Assembly: GCA_019058315.1 (NCBI GenBank)
Contig: JAHPZH010000007.1
Coordinates: 32,001 to 96,000 of the forward strand
Direction: 5' to 3'
From: Candidatus Helarchaeota archaeon
Lineage (GTDB): Archaea > Asgardarchaeota > Lokiarchaeia > Helarchaeales > RDOG01
Length of the DNA stretch: 64,000 nucleotides
A program made the translations under genes and the position numbers. Position 1 is the first letter of the stretch. Every line of letters begins with the position of its first letter. The notes under the pieces are model-generated. The model was given only the letters and a program-made list of their open reading frames with translations. It did no database searches and was not told the DNA's origin. Of the stretch, positions 59,588 to 64,000 are shown in pieces.

Positions 59588-61732
59588 ATGCAAACTGGTA
59601 GAAAAGCAAAATGGCTAAGATTGCCTTGTATTAGATGTGCAACAGAAATTCCAGAGTTAATTGAGGGTGTAACCCTTCGATGTTTGCAGTGTGGTTCTGA
59701 CAATACTTTTACAGAGTCGTCTAAATTCTTAGAAAAGCTTTCAAAAGATCATTTAGGCTCAGTTCCAAGTATTGATTTCATCAAAGATCCGGATAAGAGA
59801 GGTACTGCTATACAGACAAGAATGCAAAAATTACAAACTTATTACAATACAATGGATAAAGATTTCGAAGATCTCCAAAAACATGCAATTGTTGCAACCC
59901 CATTAGAGAAATATGGTGTAAGCGGAAGAAAAATTCTTGGATTAACTCAAGGATATAATACAGTTGCAACTTTAATTAGAAATTATGTATTACCCCTAGC
60001 TTTGACTCAAGAAGAATTGGTCCCAGCTCAAGAATTATACTTCAATTCTGCTTATAGAGCATCCCTTAATTTAGGAACATTTCACACAATTGAAGCAAGA
60101 AGAGCTGAATCCAACAAAGATGCAACTAAAAAATACGATAATGCGTCACGAAATTTTAACAAAGCTTCAGAAACAGCACAACATGCTATCGATGCCGGAT
60201 TTGAAGAATTTAGGGCAAAAAAAGCGGTTTCAGATGCTTCATCTAACTATTCCACCGGATTATCAAGTATTACACGTGGTAATCCTGATTATGGCACTCG
60301 GAAATTCAAACAAGTAAGATCTCTATTAGAAGATGTTTTGAGTAGAGAACCCCGTTCTAAGATTGACCATGTTAGAGTAGGAATGATTGTTTCATTACAA
60401 CCATCAGTGAAAATGATCCTTAAACAGCTAAAAGAAGGTAAAAAAGTACGAGAAGCTTCAAAAGTTAGGCTATATCCATTAGATAAATCAAAAGAAATCG
60501 TGGATACTGTTCGTGAAACTAAAGAATGGATTGTAAAACAGAAAGACAGATTTGATGGTATTTTAAAATTTTATTATGATTTAAATTACGGTGAGAAATT
60601 AGACTATACTGATCGATATATTGAAAGGTTTGATGAATTTTTTAAGAACGCACAGACTGTTTTTGATGAAACTGTTCGCGATATCATTACTAATCTCTCA
60701 GATGAATATAATTTCAAGGTAGGTCAATTATACCGGAGGTTAGAAGCAGCTGCAAGAGCAGCGGTATTGCCTGGTGAATCTACTCGTGAACAATTTGAAG
60801 AAGGAAGGCGGGAACTCGAGGCAATTGATGACTTATACAAATCTGTTATGGCAACATTAATTGATGCAACTTATTCTGTCAAAAAAACCGAATTTGCAGG
60901 AACTGCAGACCTCTCCATTAAAAAAGCACACGCTCAATTTGATGACTTAGTTAGAATGGCAATCACGCAACTAATTTTAGATTTTGATGAAAGTACTCAA
61001 CGTGTTTTTGACCGATTGGTACCAATTGCTGATGGAGCAAAGATGCCTGGTGATGAAACAGTTGAATACGTTCGTGATGCACGCGCAGAAGTTGATTCAT
61101 TAGGTTTTACTATATCATCTCTTGTAGATGTTTCCTATACTGTCAAGAGAAAAGAATTCATGGAGAGAATTAAAGCGGTTCAGAAGAAACAAAGAGAACG
61201 ATTCGATACTGTAGTTCGTCGAGCAATACACTCTTTAATTGGAGATTATTATCTCTCAGGTAAAAAAATAGTAGTAACCGCAACACCTATTGCCAGAGCA
61301 GCAGGAGCTCTTGGTGAACGTGCTATAGAGGAACTTACAGAAGCAAAAAAAGATATTGATTCAATTGATGACTCATTAGAAGATTCAATCAATCAACTCA
61401 TTTCATCTGGTTATAATGTGAAACGATATGAATTCCATGAAGATATAATGTTATCACAAATGAATAGAGATCGTGATTTCACAGATTCTATTAGAACTGC
61501 CGTCGAGAGCTTGTTAACATTTACTGCAATGCCTCGATGGAAGATGATTCGCATACGAAAAGACCTAATCTCAAAAGGCGAAACTGCCATGGCAAGAGGA
61601 AAATACGCACTCGCATCTCGTTATTTTGCCGATGCTGCCAAATTATCCTCTGAACTTGGCGAAGTAGACAAAGCAAAAGAGCTAGAAGAACGTGCTCGTG
61701 GTATGGAAAGACTTGCATCTATGATTGGCTAA
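59588..61732 (+). CDS. Zn-ribbon + TPR-like + helical-repeat protein
   Basis: CIRC...CLQC N-terminus; repeated FDxxVRxAIxxL...SY(S/T/N)VK(K/R)xEF units; TPR-like C-terminus. Confidence 0.75.
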   Translation: MQTGRKAKWLRLPCIRCATEIPELIEGVTLRCLQCGSDNTFTESSKFLEKLSKDHLGSVPSIDFIKDPDKRGTAIQTRMQKLQTYYNTMDKDFEDLQKHAIVATPLEKYGVSGRKILGLTQGYNTVATLIRNYVLPLALTQEELVPAQELYFNSAYRASLNLGTFHTIEARRAESNKDATKKYDNASRNFNKASETAQHAIDAGFEEFRAKKAVSDASSNYSTGLSSITRGNPDYGTRKFKQVRSLLEDVLSREPRSKIDHVRVGMIVSLQPSVKMILKQLKEGKKVREASKVRLYPLDKSKEIVDTVRETKEWIVKQKDRFDGILKFYYDLNYGEKLDYTDRYIERFDEFFKNAQTVFDETVRDIITNLSDEYNFKVGQLYRRLEAAARAAVLPGESTREQFEEGRRELEAIDDLYKSVMATLIDATYSVKKTEFAGTADLSIKKAHAQFDDLVRMAITQLILDFDESTQRVFDRLVPIADGAKMPGDETVEYVRDARAEVDSLGFTISSLVDVSYTVKRKEFMERIKAVQKKQRERFDTVVRRAIHSLIGDYYLSGKKIVVTATPIARAAGALGERAIEELTEAKKDIDSIDDSLEDSINQLISSGYNVKRYEFHEDIMLSQMNRDRDFTDSIRTAVESLLTFTAMPRWKMIRIRKDLISKGETAMARGKYALASRYFADAAKLSSELGEVDKAKELEERARGMERLASMIG

Positions 61733-61949
61733 AATTAAATTTTTCTATTTTTAATTTCTTTTTTTTAAAAATTCCTTAAATATGTTATTTTGAAGAATTT
61801 TCTTTTTTTGCTCGAATATTTCACAAATTTTAAATCCAATTTAAATATGTTTATATGCAATAATTCTAAAAGAATTAAAAACCAAAAATAATTGAATAAT
61901 TGAAATCTAAAACTAAAAAAAATTAAAATAATACCGAGACGAGCTGAAA

Positions 61950-63176
61950 ATGGCAAATTTACAAGTCCTTAAGTATAATTACACTCCAATTGAAAAACAA
62001 GAGATTGAAATAGTTGAAAGGAAAGGTAAAGGGCACCCAGATACACTTTGTGATGCAAGTGTTGAGAATTTAAGTCGGAAATTATCCCAATACTATTTGG
62101 ATCATTATGGAGTTATTTTACATCATAATGTAGATAAATGTTCTTTAGCGGGAGGAAGATCTGAACCAGTATTTGCAAATGTTGACCCAAATGGTGGAGA
62201 AATTATAACACCAATCTATATTTGTGTAATTGGTCGGGCTACTGCTGATATTTTAAAGGAAGGAAAGTTAGATAGAATTCCAATTGACGTATTATCCCGA
62301 GAAGCAGTTTTAGAAAATGTTAAAGAGTCTGTTAGGAATTTAGATACCGCAAAACATTTACAAATTGACTCGAAAGTCTTTCAAGGAAGTGGAGATTTAG
62401 TTACGCTTTTCGGTCATAAAGATCAAATTCCTCTAAGTAACGATACTTCATTCGGTGTCGGATTTGCTCCTTTTTCTGAAACGGAAAATTTAGTATTTGA
62501 TGTGGAACAATTTTTAAATTCTCCAAGTACTCATAAGAGAATTCCAGCCATTGGGGAAGATATTAAAGTTATGGGACTACGCCAACGCGATAAGATTCAT
62601 CTTACAGTAGCTATAGCAATGGTTGCAAAAGAATGCGATGATGTAGATGCATATATGAATATAAAAAATCAAATAAAGAATGAAATTTTAGACCTCGCCG
62701 CAAAATCAACGAAATATGAGGTTGCTTGTGATGTTAATAGAGCCGATATCCCGGAAAAAGGAAGTGTATATATAACGGTTACAGGAACATCCTCTGAAAG
62801 CGGTGATGATGGACAAGTAGGACGTGGAAATCGAGTAAATGGAATAATTACACCATGTCGTCCAATGAGTCTTGAGGCTAGTGCTGGAAAAAACCCCGTA
62901 AACCATGTGGGTAAATTATATAATGTATTGGCTAACGAGATTGCTGATGAAATTGTGTGCAAGGTAAAAGGTGTGAATGAAGCTTATCTAAGATTATTAA
63001 GTCAAATTGGCAAACCCATATCTGAACCTCTAGTAGCATTCGCGTCCCTTTTAACAGAAGAAGGTAGCGCATGGAACGTGATTAAAAGTGAATCAGAAGC
63101 AATAATAAATCAAGAACTACAAAGTATTACAGATCTTACAAGAAAATTCTTAGAAAAGAAAGTTACAGTCTGCTAA
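61950..63176 (+). CDS. mat: Archaeal-type S-adenosylmethionine synthetase
   Basis: EIVERKGKGHPDTLCD, HHNVDK, NDTSFGVG, GEDIKVMG, GDDGQVGRGNR, GKNPVNHVGK. Confidence 0.97.
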   Translation: MANLQVLKYNYTPIEKQEIEIVERKGKGHPDTLCDASVENLSRKLSQYYLDHYGVILHHNVDKCSLAGGRSEPVFANVDPNGGEIITPIYICVIGRATADILKEGKLDRIPIDVLSREAVLENVKESVRNLDTAKHLQIDSKVFQGSGDLVTLFGHKDQIPLSNDTSFGVGFAPFSETENLVFDVEQFLNSPSTHKRIPAIGEDIKVMGLRQRDKIHLTVAIAMVAKECDDVDAYMNIKNQIKNEILDLAAKSTKYEVACDVNRADIPEKGSVYITVTGTSSESGDDGQVGRGNRVNGIITPCRPMSLEASAGKNPVNHVGKLYNVLANEIADEIVCKVKGVNEAYLRLLSQIGKPISEPLVAFASLLTEEGSAWNVIKSESEAIINQELQSITDLTRKFLEKKVTVC

Positions 63177-63292
63177 ATTTTTATATTATTTATTCTTACC
63201 CTATTTTTTAAAAATAAAACTAAAAAATTAAGGGGAATTTAGATCAGATTTGATATTATATTTTCTTTTTCAAATTTTAGGTTTAAATAATT

Positions 63293-64000
63293 ATGGGAAA
63301 AGAAAGAAAAATCAAAAAAATTGCGAAAAAATTCTTTGAAACTGTATATGAAAAGTATGGTGACATTGTTCCACCAGGAATACAAGAATTAGATAGTTTG
63401 GAATTTTTTTTTGATAAATTGAAAAATAAAAGAGTATCTAATATTTTGGATGTCGCTTGTGGTCTTGGGTTCTTAACAAAATATCTTAATGAAAGATTTC
63501 ATCCTATTAATATAATAGGTGTTGACATTTCTGACAAACTCATTGATAAAGCACAAATATTGAATAAATCCAAAAATATTAAATTTGAAACAGCAGATAG
63601 TGAGGTTCTTACTTTTCCTGACAAAAATTTTGATTTAATAACGTGTAGATATGCTTTTCATCATTTTCCTTCTCCGATAAAAGTACTTAGAGAGATGAAA
63701 AGAGTATTAAATGATGATGGTGAAATTGTAATAATTGATCCTTCTTTTAAAAAAATAAATAATGATATTCTAATTAATAATATATTTACAAAATTGGAAA
63801 AAGATATCGCTGGTCACATCAAATTTTATAATAAATCCGAATTTGAACAATTTGCAAAAAAAGTAAAATTGGAATTAGTAGAAATTGTGTATATGGACTT
63901 AAATTTCATTCTAGGTTTACCGGGATTTTGTGAAGAATTTCAATCATTTCCAGATAATATTAAAGAAGAGTTTTCAGTTTCTATCCAAGGATCTTCAGTT
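63293..64000 (+). CDS. Class I SAM-dependent methyltransferase (3'-truncated by window)
   Basis: ATG 63293; ILDVACGLG, GVDIS, FDLITCRYAFHHF...LREMKRVL; open to the window end. Confidence 0.9.
   Translation, partial: MGKERKIKKIAKKFFETVYEKYGDIVPPGIQELDSLEFFFDKLKNKRVSNILDVACGLGFLTKYLNERFHPINIIGVDISDKLIDKAQILNKSKNIKFETADSEVLTFPDKNFDLITCRYAFHHFPSPIKVLREMKRVLNDDGEIVIIDPSFKKINNDILINNIFTKLEKDIAGHIKFYNKSEFEQFAKKVKLELVEIVYMDLNFILGLPGFCEEFQSFPDNIKEEFSVSIQGSSV

Noticed and set aside
61765-61956. 63-aa minus-strand ORF
   Set aside because: Low-complexity AT-rich intergenic sequence overlapping the mat promoter and start
1-64000. tRNA, rRNA or IS transposase genes
   Set aside because: None recognised by eye; tRNAscan-SE/Infernal/ISEScan would be needed to exclude them

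Overview
AT-rich archaeal chromosome segment, almost certainly from an Asgard archaeon: it encodes gelsolin-, roadblock-, longin/uDENN-, EMC6- and Rab-like proteins alongside archaeal housekeeping genes (archaeal SAM synthetase, TrpB2, deoxyhypusine synthase, Rqc2, PDCD5). The main result is missing from the supplied ORF track because it runs off the left edge. I hand-translated a single minus-strand frame from ATG 7292 to position 3 with no stop (>=2430 aa). It fuses a Ski2/Hel308-like SF2 helicase, a winged HTH, two Cys metal-binding modules, a Cas1 integrase domain with its catalytic residues intact, a DHH/DHHA1 phosphoesterase, a degenerate RecA/RadA-like domain and a second DHHA1-like copy. 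No CRISPR array, cas2 or casposon PolB is visible in the window. Two co-oriented nuclease genes lie just upstream (HTH-LAGLIDADG, and a 4x Zn-ribbon PD-(D/E)xK protein with a C-terminal PIP-box), so 1-10 kb looks like an accessory or mobile island. Other notable items are a possible CENP-N/Chl4-like protein (54220-55104), a 2495-aa surface glycoprotein with four alpha/alpha-toroid repeats, a split and duplicated DUF4140/DUF4139-like trio with a probable CTG start, a ThiI with a degenerate active site, an LAGLIDADG protein lacking its catalytic acid, two unannotated Cys-rich microproteins, and structured leaders upstream of leuA and trpB2. All calls come from manual motif recognition; no searches were run.
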